A DNA stretch of 62,112 nucleotides, the filler included, from Collodictyon triciliatum (taxonomy: Eukaryota), in assembly GCA_043381765.1 (NCBI GenBank). It is 3 parts of 3 records of this genome, joined end to end, with 100 filler letters (N's around TTAATTAATTAA, not from the genome) between each part and the next. Parts side by side here need not be neighbours in the genome. Positions count along the whole stretch, not along the records: positions 1 to 28,329 come from JBHJMP010000030.1; positions 28,430 to 51,906 come from JBHJMP010000032.1; 1 more part is not named here. One strand, written 5' to 3'. The translations under genes and the position numbers were made by a program. Positions 25,301 to 50,500 of the stretch are shown piece by piece. The notes beneath the pieces are model-generated. The model searched no databases. It had not been told where the DNA came from and worked only from the letters and a program-made list of their open reading frames with translations. Numbering within the stretch: the stretch's first letter is position 1; the number at the start of each line of letters is the position of its first letter.

Positions 25301-26926
25301 TTGTTGATAACGTTAAATTCTTGTTATTTAGCCTTCAGATAAAATTATATATTTAAAAAAATACTCCTTCATGTCATAGCTGATGTCGCCGATCATTTCA
25401 TTGCAAGCCACAACATTTGGGTGGTTCTCACCAAGAGCAGAGATGAAGATATCAAGTGATTGCTTGAGACAGGACATTGCTTCCTTTCGACTACACAAGA
25501 TGGTTTTAAATACTATAAATGTAACCAAATATGGTGGAAATTATAGGAAAGACACCAATTTACTTTTTGCTTTGAAGATGAACTTTTGCTATAAACTGGA
25601 TTGTTGAAGCAACAGATGCGTGATTTGCTCCCAGTGATTTTTCAAGTATACACTTTCCTTTATGGTAGTTGTCAATGGCTTCTTTGAACCTAAATTATAT
25701 TTAAAAATTATATTGATATTTCTATGTATGATGAATCTTTCATCTAAAATGGTAAGGAAATCCGAATATTCATCACTTTTTTTCAGCTAGAGAAACATGA
25801 CCGAGGTTTATATACGATGATGCAACAAGAGGATGCTCATTTCCAACTTTTCTTTGGCGAATTTCCATGGATTTTCTGTATTCGCTCACACCTTGCCAAA
25901 TCCTAGGTATTATGAGTAATCAAATCATTTGTTTAAGCATAATTGCTTCAAAATCATATTTATACTTGTTCTGCTTCATATAGATATCCCCAAAGCGGTC
26001 ATAAGACTGAGCTACTTGTAGGTCATGCTCACCAAGCTGTTTCATTCTCATATCAAAAGATTTTTTGTACTCCTCAAGTGCTTCATTTATTCTAGGGATA
26101 CAGTTTTTCGATAAATACTTGATATGAATGTCTCAATCATAGTTCCGTATAGATACTTATTCTCTCGCTGGTAGATGAAACCTATTTCATCATGTATGGT
26201 GGCAACACTTGCAGTATTAGTTTCACTTTTTACGATGGAATCGAGACATTTCTTATAGTAAACCATCGATTCGCCCCAGCTATTATTGATGCATTAGTGG
26301 TTTACATAGAATCAAAAAAATATAAAATTTTTATTTTAGTTAGCACATTCAATTAATTGTTTTCTTTTACTTTTGGAGATTTTTGTAGACGCGACCAAGA
26401 TTCAAGTAATCTGTGGTCTTAAATTCTATAGTGCATGAGTTAGGCTTAAATATACGACCTCTCAATTTAGATACTTATAAAGGAAAACGCGTGAAATTTA
26501 TTTATCAAAATATTTTTAAAAGAGGCATGAATGGTATGGTTATCACCTTCTTTCTGGTGCTTTCCGAGGCGTATGTTTAGGACAGACAATAGAAAGGAAT
26601 TTTCATATGATTCCAAAAAAAACTCAACTAGTAGGTCTCCTACTTTATCTGTGGCCTGTAGCCATTAATTTGTTTTTTTTTAAAAAAAAAAAAAAAGAAT
26701 TTCAGGTTATAAGATGTGATTGATAAAAGGAAAAGTGAATATAATTTCTCAACCTTGGACATAGTTCTATAGATATCCTTGTAGTCTGCAGCCCCACTAG
26801 TGTTTATTGCTCTCCAGCATGTAAAGAATTCATAACGATAGCGACCACTGAGCATGATACTGATGACCTGTTGATAGTCAAGAGAATTTTGAGCAAGGAC
26901 CACCGAAAAAGAATCAACCAATCAAC

Positions 26927-26997
<71 letters not shown>

Positions 26998-28103
26998 GAT
27001 TGGTAGAGTATTTTGTCCATTCACATTTTAATTCGAAATTTTGATATCAGAGGGCATACGTGCTTTTGTTTTATGTATTCAACTAGTAAATTGAACGAAT
27101 TTCCTCGTAGTAACTGATAGCATATCTCTGCAGCGAGCTCTTCGTCTACATCCACAATCTCTGAGTATTGGCCATACAGCCATTCTCCATAACTTTCATG
27201 AGCACTCCGTAAAGTTTGGCTATCTGGGAAGTAAACCTTCTCAGAAGTCTCCAAAAGCAACTGATGGAAGTACATATATCTGGTGTGATGAAATTTAGTG
27301 GGGTAATATAAAATTAACAAGCATCAAATAACAAAATAAGGATAATATAGGAGACTAACCTTCCATTTCGAACAAAGAGTGAATCAATAAGGGTGAAGAA
27401 GAAAGATTTCCTATAAAAAAAATATATTTAAATGGTTGTGTTCATGAACGCAGAAAGTTTTATTGCGATAAATTTCATGTGATATCGATGCCATCAATAC
27501 AAAAGCATAGAAATTACCACTCAGCGAGCTCAAATCCGCCTCCAATAATATCTTTCATGTACCTATCCAAATCTCCCTCGCTCAATCCGATGCGAGAAAC
27601 ATACAAAACTTTCATCGAAGGGGCAACATATTTCGCATCTAAATATCGTTTAATAATCAAAGCCATGATTAAGTTAATGAAAATAAAATTCATATACAAC
27701 AGTTTTAATTACCTCTTCTGTCAAACTTAAGCTGCCAGCGTTGTATGATAAGAGTATAGAGATCGATCACACCATCTGTCGAAAGTAGCGTATTCAACTC
27801 TTCATCAAGCTTTTCATATACCCCAAAAATCCTAATTTCACCAAGAATGATACGAAGATACAGGGGATGACCTAAAAAAAATATGGTAAATATTTGACTA
27901 GGGTTGATTGAGCGTAGTGTTCACATTTCAGTTGTGAAAAAAAAAGTCGTACCGGTGTCTTCGTAATCTGCTAAGATCATTTGCATTTGTTTTTCGTTCA
28001 AAACTTTATCGTAGCATGTGAGAAATGATTCCACACACTCTTTAACTTCTTCTTTTGTTAATTTGGCGACGGCAATAGGCTCCAACCCATTTTGCACAGC
28101 GTG
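22303..28103 (-). CDS. NLR-like STAND protein, 5'-truncated: NACHT C-terminal/winged helix (NPHP3/TEP1-type), 42-aa TPRs, two copies of an unknown domain, pentapeptide repeats, 7 WD40, SEL1-like repeat
   Basis: Spliced frame: GHPLYLRIILGEIRIFGVYEKLDEEL, SRIGLSEGDL, YMYFHQLL; TPRs such as EALEEYKKSFDMRMKQLGEHDLQVAQSY; terminal exon 24433-22303 with DLSYIKIPHANLSNSILDDANLTGANLDGV, GH...WD repeats and ECYENAWGVERNMEKAAEW. Confidence 0.85.
22745..23672 (-). repeat. Seven 135-nt (45-aa) WD40 repeats with high mutual similarity
   Basis: Recurring QGPNGEKWLASGSxDxTIRIWD; recurring DNA ccattcggtccttg. Confidence 0.9.
26916..26996. repeat. (CAAT)n intronic microsatellite
   Basis: Direct reading. Confidence 0.95.
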
Positions 28104-28169
28104 CTTTTGAATGCATAATTTTTAGCACATTTACCAGATAAAGAAAAATTAATAAAAGAACTTGAGAGT

Positions 28170-28329
28170 GGAGCAGGAGCAGGAACAGGAACAGGAACAG
28201 GAACAGGAGCAGGAGCAGGAACAAGAACAAGAACAGGAACAGGAACAGGAACAGGAACAGGAACAGGAACAGGAACAGGAACAGGAACAGGAACAGGAAC
28301 AGGAACAGGAACAGGAACAGGAACAGGAA
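28170..28329. repeat. (GGAACA)n repeat at contig end
   Basis: Direct reading. Confidence 0.95.
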
Positions 28330-28429
28330 NNNNNNNNNNNNNNNNNNNNNNNNNNNNNNNNNNNNNNNNNNNNTTAATTAATTAANNNNNNNNNNNNNNN
28401 NNNNNNNNNNNNNNNNNNNNNNNNNNNNN
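28330..28429. other. Artificial contig-joining spacer N44-TTAATTAATTAA-N44
   Basis: Six-frame stop linker inside N run; genes on both sides are truncated. Confidence 0.95.
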
Positions 28430-28548
28430 AAAAAAGAGAAAAAAGAGAAAAAAGAGAAAAAAGAGAAAAAAGAGAAAAAAGAGAAAAAAGAGAAAAAAGA
28501 GAAAAAAGAGAAAAAAGAGAAAAAAGAGAAAGACAAGGAGAGGGAAAC

Positions 28549-28967
28549 CTTGACGGACGTGTCGACAGAAGAAGAGGCGAGCGTGTTTCCACCAAAGGGG
28601 CTGAAGTCGAGGTCTGTGAGCGCCGCAGTGTGCCCGGAGCACACAGAGATTTCGCGGCCGATCTTCCCGACACGATCGAACGGCAGCACGCCGATGGTCC
28701 CGGCCCCACCGCTGGACTCCCACAGGAAAGCAACATACTTTGCGCTGCAGAGCAAGCGTGCATTAGAGTCTCCGGTTGGCTGCGGCGGCGTCTGCGGAGA
28801 CGTGGGTTCTGCGCGAGTGGAAAGGGCGAGGAGCGTGCGTACCTTGCGCGAACCATGTCGCCGTCCACGGTGGTGCTCAAGGCGGGGACGTCGTTGTACC
28901 ACTGCTCTTTGCGCCGCGCAGCACCCGTCGAGTGGCGGTACTTGGAGACGCGGAAGCGGGTGGACAT
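28549..28967 (-). CDS. Coronin-family protein (coronin-7/villidin-like), first two exons, 3'-truncated by contig join
   Basis: MSTRFRVSKYRH...VRA|SAKYVAFLWESSGGAGTIGVLPFDRVGK...GHTAALTDLDFSPFGGNTLASSSVDTSVK. Confidence 0.9.
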
Positions 28968-29370
28968 TCGAGCTGTCGGCTGGCTGCTGGGTTGTTGGGT
29001 GGCCTTGTTGTTTCTTTCCTTTCAGTTTCTTTTGTTTTTTATTTTCTGTTTTTTGGTTTTTGTGTTTTTTTCTGTTTCTTCTGTTTTTCTGTTTTTTTCT
29101 GTTTCTTCTGTTTTTTTTTTTTTCTATTCGGTTTTTTTGTGTTTTGTTTTCTGTTTTTTGTTATTGCCAAGACGTTGATTTTGATTGACATTTGATCGGG
29201 TGATTCTGTCTCGCCTGATTAGGTATGATTCGGCACAATCATGTCCTGATTTGGCATATTCACACACAAGAGAATTTTTTTTCATTTTGCACGGAGACCT
29301 GGCTGCTTGCGCTGTGTGTATGCGCCACTCGGGCAACAACAGTGACTTGCGAGCTCGTAATGAATTAAAA

Positions 29371-30030
29371 GAAAAATAGAAAAATAGAAAAATAGAAAAA
29401 TAGAAAAATAGAAAAATAGAAAAATAGAAAAATAGAAAAATAGAAAAATAGAAAAATAGAAAAATAGAAAAATAGAAAAACAGGAAAATAGAAAAACAGG
29501 AAAATAGAAAAATAGAAAAATAGAAAAATAGAAAAATAGAAAAATAGAAAAATAGAAAAATAGAAAAATAGAAAAATAGAAAAATAGAAACATAGAAACA
29601 TAGAAACATAGAAAAATAGAAAAATAGAAAAATAGAAAAATAGAAAAATAGAAAAATAGAAAAATAGAAAAACAGGAAAATAGAAAAACAGGAAAATAGA
29701 AAAACAGGAAAATAGAAAAATAGAAAAATAGAAAAATAGAAAAAAGAAAAGAAAAGAAAAAAGAAAACAAAAAGAAAGGAAAAAGAAAAGAAAAAGAAAA
29801 TAGAAAAGTAGAAAAAAGAAAAAGAAAAGAAAAAGAAATATAGAAAATGAAAAAAGAAAAATAGAAAAATAGAAAAATGAAGAAAAGAAAAGAAAAGAAA
29901 AAGAAAAAGAAAAAAGAAAAAAGAAAAAAGAAAAAGAAAACAAAAAGAAAACAAAAAGAAAACAAAAAGAAAACAAAAAGAAAGAGAAAAATAGAAAAAT
30001 AGAAAAGAAAACAAAAAAAGAAAAAGAAAA
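29371..30030. repeat. (GAAAAATA)n array grading into a polypurine tract between divergent genes
   Basis: Direct reading; variant units GAAACATA and GAAAAACAG. Confidence 0.95.
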
Positions 30031-30118
30031 AAGTGCATAAACTTGCTTTTTGGTCTGAGTCGTACGCGTGTTTCTCTTTCCTTTAAACTAGGACTGTGCA
30101 GGTCTTGCAGTATTGCTT

Positions 30119-43504
<13,386 letters not shown>

Positions 43505-43824
43505 GTTTGCTGACCCTGCAACCAAATAATCAAAGTAAATAAAACAAGAGAAAATAGAACACATACTGTTACGCAAACAAACACGCTCGCGAGCATTCGA
43601 GGAAAAAAGAAAGAGAAAGAAGCGAGAATGTTAGAACGAGTTCTTTATACACCCTCGAGAGTGACACGACCAATTCGCAGAGCATACGTCAAACAAAAGA
43701 GCGAACCCCCACAAAAGAAAAGGAAAAGAAAGGAAAAGAAAAGGAAAAGAAAAGGAAAAGAAAAGAAAAGAAAAGAAGAGCGCACAAAGGTTTCTCCTCC
43801 CAACAAGCACAATAGATACAAAGC

Positions 43825-44934
43825 ATGGGCAAAGGAGTCGCGCGCGTCAAGTTCCTCTGGCTCTGTGCCGAGTACGAGTATGACTTCCTGGTGGGGATCA
43901 TTGCAAACATCGCGCCGTTCTGCGACCAGACGCTGGCCATCCCGATTCTCCTGGTGAACATCTACGGCGTCGCAAACACGCTGCTGCTGGCCGTGGTGGA
44001 CCGCAAAGCCCACATCCGCACGCTTCTCTGCAAAACGATAGTCTTCAAGCTGTTTGTGATGTATCCCATCATCTCCTTCAACGTGACCATCGGGCTGCTT
44101 GGATACGGCTTCTGGCTCTTGCTTGCGCCGTTCTACATCCTGCTTGGAGTCATCCTTGTCTGGTTTGTGCTGCTTTTTGTGACGGGGGCGGCCAACGACC
44201 TGGACTTTGGCGACGTCTTTCTGGAGGACCGCGGGGCCGAATCAACGGCCGACCTGAAGGAGGACCAAGAGGCTCGCCGCGTCTTCATCGAGCGTGCGGA
44301 GGAAGACTTCCTGGCCAAGGTGGTGATGGACGAGCAGGATGTGCGGCTGGAGAAGCGCGTCATCATCTGCAAGTTCCTCTTCAACCTGACGCTGCTTTTC
44401 CTGCGCATCGTCTCGTTTGTCGGGGCGGAGGGGACGTTTGACCCAAACGTTCTGTCGGCTCTGATTCTGATGTCGGCCGTCTGCCAAATCATCCTGATGC
44501 TCTTCTCGCTCGTCTCCTTCCTGAACCGCTACCGCTTCCCCTTCTACATCCTCTTCTACGTCCCCATCTATCTCGACATCGGCATCACCATCGGCTTCAT
44601 GTCCTGGGTGCAGCAGCAGCTCTCGGAGAAGTATGCCCTCTCGTCCGGCGCAAAAGTCTTTATGATTGCGGCCATGGTGGCCATGCAGTGCATCCTGCTG
44701 CTTGCTCTCTACGTGACCTTCCTCATCAAGCGCTCAGACAACTTCTGGGAGAGCCTCAAGGCGGTTCTCGTCTCCATCTGCAAAAGCCCCTTCTCCTTCG
44801 TCGTCTTTGTCCTCAACCTCGCTTTTGTCCTCGTCGATGTCACGCTCATCTTCTTTCTCCTCATCGTCTTCACCTCTCAGATCCAGGAGGGCTCGGACGC
44901 AAACGACACGTTCTGCTCCTTCATCTCCCACTAG
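43825..44934 (+). CDS. Intronless 369-aa multi-pass membrane protein of unknown family
   Basis: Long ORF with strong C/G third-position bias, about 8-9 hydrophobic segments and a central acidic loop. Confidence 0.8.
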   Translation: MGKGVARVKFLWLCAEYEYDFLVGIIANIAPFCDQTLAIPILLVNIYGVANTLLLAVVDRKAHIRTLLCKTIVFKLFVMYPIISFNVTIGLLGYGFWLLLAPFYILLGVILVWFVLLFVTGAANDLDFGDVFLEDRGAESTADLKEDQEARRVFIERAEEDFLAKVVMDEQDVRLEKRVIICKFLFNLTLLFLRIVSFVGAEGTFDPNVLSALILMSAVCQIILMLFSLVSFLNRYRFPFYILFYVPIYLDIGITIGFMSWVQQQLSEKYALSSGAKVFMIAAMVAMQCILLLALYVTFLIKRSDNFWESLKAVLVSICKSPFSFVVFVLNLAFVLVDVTLIFFLLIVFTSQIQEGSDANDTFCSFISH

Positions 44935-45096
44935 ACAACTCACGCCTCCATGTCATCTTTACGCAGCAGCTCGTGAATCGGATGATGAGTAAAAACACGA
45001 GACAGATAAAGACAGAGACAAACACAGACACATGGGTGGGTGGATGGATGGATGGATGGATGGATTCCTCTGCGCCTGCGTTGCCTCCCTGGTTTA

Positions 45097-47157
45097 TTAT
45101 AAGACGATGTCCAATTCGTGGCGCACATACGTGTTGCGCTCGTCGTCCTCCAGACGCGGATATGCGGGAATCAGGGCGTCCTGCGAGCCGATGTAGAGTG
45201 GATTGTAGATCTTCCAGTAGATCTCGCGGACTTTGCGTGCTGGGTGGAAAAGCCCCTGCACTGTGTATTGCAAGACAGTCGTCGGCCCCAATCCGACCCG
45301 CATTCCTTCGATGGCTTCCGTGACAGCGTTGATGACGTGGGGCGATGTCTCAAAAATGTTGGGCCAGACAAGATTCAGCAGATGGACCAGGGCATCCTCG
45401 CATCCGAGCCCCGCCACACCAAGCGCAAGGTCTGTTTGCGCAGCAAAGTATTAGTGTTTGTTGATGTTTGCGAGTATTTTATGGCGATGGTGAGAGAGAA
45501 GGAAAATGCCATACGCTTCACAACCGTGCACGCAGTTTGTCGGTGGACAAGGTCGCGGTCCATGAGTGCGTCTTCAAGAAGTGGCGCAACTGCGTAGATG
45601 TAATCCTTTCCCATCTCGCCGATGTACTCAAACATAAATGACAAACTCTGCATGGTATTTGATTATCGAATGTTTAATGAACCGGGAAAGGCACGCAAAG
45701 GATGACAAAGCGAAGGGAGGAATTAAAGAAGAAGAAGGCTATATAGGATTGGAGGGAAACCTTCAAAACACCGTTTTGGACGTTCAGTTCTGGTGTGCGG
45801 TACTCGTTCATGAGGGCTGGAAGGACAGTGAAGGGAGAACACGTCTCGGCTACAATAGCAATAGCGACAGTGGTACACACACGATTCTGACGCTCTTGCA
45901 CTTTCAGATTGTTCAGCAGGGTGGCAAGGACGTCTTGAGGGCCAATCGCCTTTGCGATGTAGCCGAAGGTGTTTACAGTGGCGCGACGAATTCCTTTCTT
46001 GTGGGCCTTGAGCATTTCCAGCAATTCAAAGCAAATACGCATCCACTCACGCAGCGGCACAAACTCGCTTCCACGATCAGCAATACGGCCGACAAGGTCG
46101 ATACAGTTTTCTTGTACCTTCTCATGGCGATTTTTGAGAATAGGTGCCAGACGGGGAAGCAGGTCCTTGATGGGTGGCGTCATCTTGTGCATACCAATCA
46201 CATTCACCACCGCCTTCAACGCGGCCAAGATAGAGCCCAGCACCTCAGGATATTCTTCACCAAGATACTCGTACAGCACCTGGCCCAAATGGCTCAAGAG
46301 CTTCTCCGACCCGCAGTTCTTTATCACGGAGGCAATGCGTGTAATAAGGTCGGCTGCCTGTTGGCGGACCTTGGCCATCTGTGTGCGCGTGTGTGAAAGT
46401 GTCAACAACATGTTACAAACCACGTATGATGGCATACCATTGAGGGAGAATCAAGTGGGATGGCAAGCGAAACCTTATTTGTGAGGCGCCATCGGAGCAT
46501 AGCGACAATCTGGTCCAGATATTCGCGGGCTCTCAAGTTCAACGAAACAAGGACAGTTGCCAGTCCATTCAAAATTGTGTTGTCGTCTCCGTTGTGTTCC
46601 TGGAATGCAAACAACATTCCATCCATCAGTGTGTTCAGCAGTTGTTGGTCGATATCGGCCGTGCCCAGATTTGCCACCACCTTTTCCACGGTTTCTGTGA
46701 CCATCTGTGAGGTTTGGGGGTTTTAGAAGGAAATGTATTTAGGAGACCATGAAAAAAGGTGAAAGGTTGAGGTAGAAAATGATGACAAATTTAAGCTATT
46801 CAGGAAAGAAAAAGAAAAGCGGCATTTGATGCCAGTAATTGGGACTTCATAACCTTTCTGAACGGCTCGGCATCATCTTTCAAGTTCTCCACCACACGCG
46901 AAATAACCGCGGAAACACCGATTTTGTTTGCAATTTCCACGGTCGTCTCAACTAAAGCGATGTTTTTTTTTTTCAAAGTTGGGTGATTAGAACATGGTTG
47001 ACAATTAACGTGCTGTCAAATTAAAGTCTGCTTGAATTTTCCTTCGCTTTTTCCGAGATTATTGGTACTCTGCATCAATTTTTGTTATTCAATTATTCAA
47101 TTATTTATCGCTACTTTATCGAAGAAAGGAAACCGCCAAGAAGCGAAAAGTACAATC

Positions 47158-47190
<33 letters not shown>

Positions 47191-47424
47191 AAAANNNNNN
47201 NNNNNNNNNNNNNNNNNNNNNNNNNNNNNNNNNNNNNNNNNNNNNNNNNNNNNNNNNNNNNNNNNNNNNNNNNNNNNNNNNNNNNNNNNNNNNNAGGGGT
47301 GCTAATGTTATTATTCTGTTCACTTACGCCCTCTGGCTGAGCTGCACGCTGTTGCTGCGTCTTTCGAATCTCTTCCTCGAGTGAATCTGCACAGACATAC
47401 GACAACAATGAGTACGAAATAGTA

Positions 47425-47507
<83 letters not shown>

Positions 47508-50500
47508 ATAAAATGGTACGTACCAACTTGTTTGTAGTTTCTACGGTCAGCTGCAATTTTCGACGTCCAGAACAGTCGGAAGAATTCAGGGACAATTTTT
47601 TCGTTGATTTTTGCTGCATCGACTCCGTCAGTGGCCACGCATTGCTTGACAACTTTCAAGACAATCTTTTGCATTTCTCCATCGGCGCTCTACGATGACA
47701 AATTTGAATTTTCATCATTATTATTATTATTTAAAAAAAAAAAAAGAAAGAGGAAACGTGACAAAAGGATATATAGCGGTTTCCTAAATCATGCGTTCAA
47801 CATTTAAAGCAGGATTACCGTGGTAAAATACATGCTTAGCATGATTATTCACCATAAAATATGACTGATAGGGTTATTTCTAAATGTCTTATTACAGCAA
47901 ATTCTCTCGTCAGAATCGGGTGGATTGAGTCCACAATGAAGCTTGCGTGCTCTGCCTCCATAAGGGGAATAATGAAACCTATTGCCTTGAGGTATGCAGC
48001 CAGGGTCTTGCTGCGATGCTGCTTGATTCCGTCCATGAGGGGCTTGATAACCTCGTCAAAGCTTTCAATACCGTACGGCGCCGCTGATTCGGCTAATGCA
48101 GACAGCGCAAGTGCAGTAATTGTCTTCACTTTGGACTCTTCTTCCGCCTAGAAGTAGTTTGATCAATTCAGTAGCAACTTCAAACGCAGGCTTTATGGCG
48201 GTGGTGGATGAAAAGCGTGAACGGGTGTACCCCGCATTTTTTTGTGTGTGATTCTCGTGCATATTGGATGAAGCAGGGAAAAGTATTGATCAATTGCAGA
48301 ACCTTCAATCCATCTTTGATTGTGGACACTAGATTCTTGAGATGAGGGAGAACAGCACAGCCCATGAGAATTGCAATCTGCTGGACAATTTTGATACCTA
48401 GTATATTCAAGAATCTTTCAACAATTGTTTTCTCAAAACAAATATTACTGGGATGTTTGAAACGAAGACAGAGCGCCTATTACGGCTGGATGCATGATGA
48501 GAGAAGATGGCAAAAGAAAAAATTAGCTAAATCTTGAATACTAATAAATTGGATGTGGGTGGAATAGAGTAAAGTCTTTCAGAATTCGTTCTCTAGTTTT
48601 GATTGTGAGTCCGCGTATAATGGCTTATGCTTGCATGTGACTCACCTGTGTGACGGGCCTGCCACGATTTTTTACTTTGACAAACTGCCTTTAGGAAAGG
48701 CAAGAGCGAAGGGATTCCAAGCGCAGAGGCAACGACAGCAAATGCACGGGCTGTTGTGTTACGGACATATTCGTCGGCGTTGTCAATGTCAGGGCGAAGC
48801 GTGGCAATCATAGTAGCAAGACCGGCAGCCTTAGCAAGATTGGAGATGATTTCACGTCCTTCCACACGAGCATAGTAGTCCTCGTCGATGAGAAGCGGCT
48901 CGATGACGACCAGGATTTTATGGACATAGGGACGAACAAGGTCATCGAGCTTGTACAACACTCTGTCGATGACTTTGACCAGCAAGTGGCGCTCCTGGTC
49001 TTCAAGTGATGGAGACATCAGAAGTGGAAGAATCTGTCCGAGAGAAATACAGGAGATGAGTTTGGGCCTCGATGAAGGAAGGATTTAAGTAGAGGTATGC
49101 AATTATAATAATCTTGTATATTCAGCCGCCTTAAACTATATTCTTATCAGGATAATGCAGGATAAAATGGTTTCAAAAACTTAGCGAGGAGTTTTGGGTC
49201 TGATTCTGAGATGAGGCTTACCTGATTGAACAAAGGGCCGGCTCCAAATTCTCGAGCCTTGTCTGTCAAGTGCCTCAACGCGAGCTTTCTCTGAGGGGGC
49301 GTGCCATTTTTTACCTGAGGCCAAGATAAGCATAAGTATTTTAACCCATCTAGGATTTAAAGGCATGAAGGTATCACCGTTAGACGAGGCAGTATCACGT
49401 TTGAATTTAAAAAAAAAACCAAGAACTATGGGCATGGCGGTATATGAAAATCAGAAAATAAAATAAAATACCTTCAACAGGAGCTTGGATATCTTGCGGT
49501 CCCTTGATTCCTCTGGGGATAACTCGCTCTCATCCACCTCTGTGAGAAGCTTCCCGAAATTCTGGTAATCTTCTGGCTTGATGAAAGGGAGCTGGCTTGG
49601 GGATGGAGGGACTTCGTACTGCAGACGATTTTCCTCTGGGATTTGATACATGCTTCCCATCAGGCCGGAGGGTGTAGGCGTCTCGAGAAGCTTTCGAGAG
49701 GGTGTTCGGATGGGTTGGTAGTTTGCAGGCGGCTCGAGAATCTTATAACCCTCCGTGGGGAACATGGCATCGAGCTCCTCGTCGGAAAGGGGCCTGTTTC
49801 GCTCATCGATTTCGCGCTCCCACCTCATGGCATTCACCTGCTCGGGTGTCATCATCGCCTGGATGAGAGCTGGATTCGGCGTGGCCATGTCAAAGCCGCC
49901 CTTTGGGGTGGCTCCTCCCATCATCGCGTTGTACTGCGGCGTAGAAAGGTTTGCCAGTGCACCCAGATTCGACGGCGTGGCAGCTCCGGCTGGGTCTGAC
50001 GGTGTCGGATTTTCATCCCATCGAGAGCGCGAGCGGCGCGGCGTTTCAGCGTCGGGCTTTGAGCCGCTGTGACCGGGCGTATCGTTCCATGACCCGCCGC
50101 GATCCGGGGCAGGTGTGGCTTCACCGGCCGGTGCATCCCAGCGTGAAGGACGGGACGGCGTCGCTGTAGAGTCCCAGCCACTCGCCCGTGGCGCAGGCAG
50201 TGCGTTGGTTGGGGCGCTGGTTTTCTGTTGCAGAGCCAATACCTCCTCGATTTTACGCTTCTTAGCCTCGCTGGAGTCCACAAGCGGGATGAACTCGCCG
50301 GATTCTTTGGCCTGCTTGACCTTCAGCTTTAACTTCTGCTCCAAGGACTGGACTTGTGTTTCCTGCAGCGCGTCCGTGTATGTGCGGAGTCCTGGGTCGG
50401 GTGTCTTGTCGCCCTGTGGTGATTGTGATATTAGGAATGAATGTGATGATGTGCTTTTATCCTTTCCTGTCATCACCCTGTCTGCTCTCTAGTATGCTTG

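Noticed and set aside
28374-28385. Palindromic TTAATTAATTAA (also 51951-51962) as a biological motif, and gene neighbourhoods across it
   Set aside because: Centred in exact 100-nt N spacers; an assembly linker, so adjacency across it carries no information
29124-30038. Long Phe-rich ORFs (also VCMY, EQ, poly-Y/L/I and X-containing ORFs elsewhere)
   Set aside because: Translations of microsatellites or N gaps
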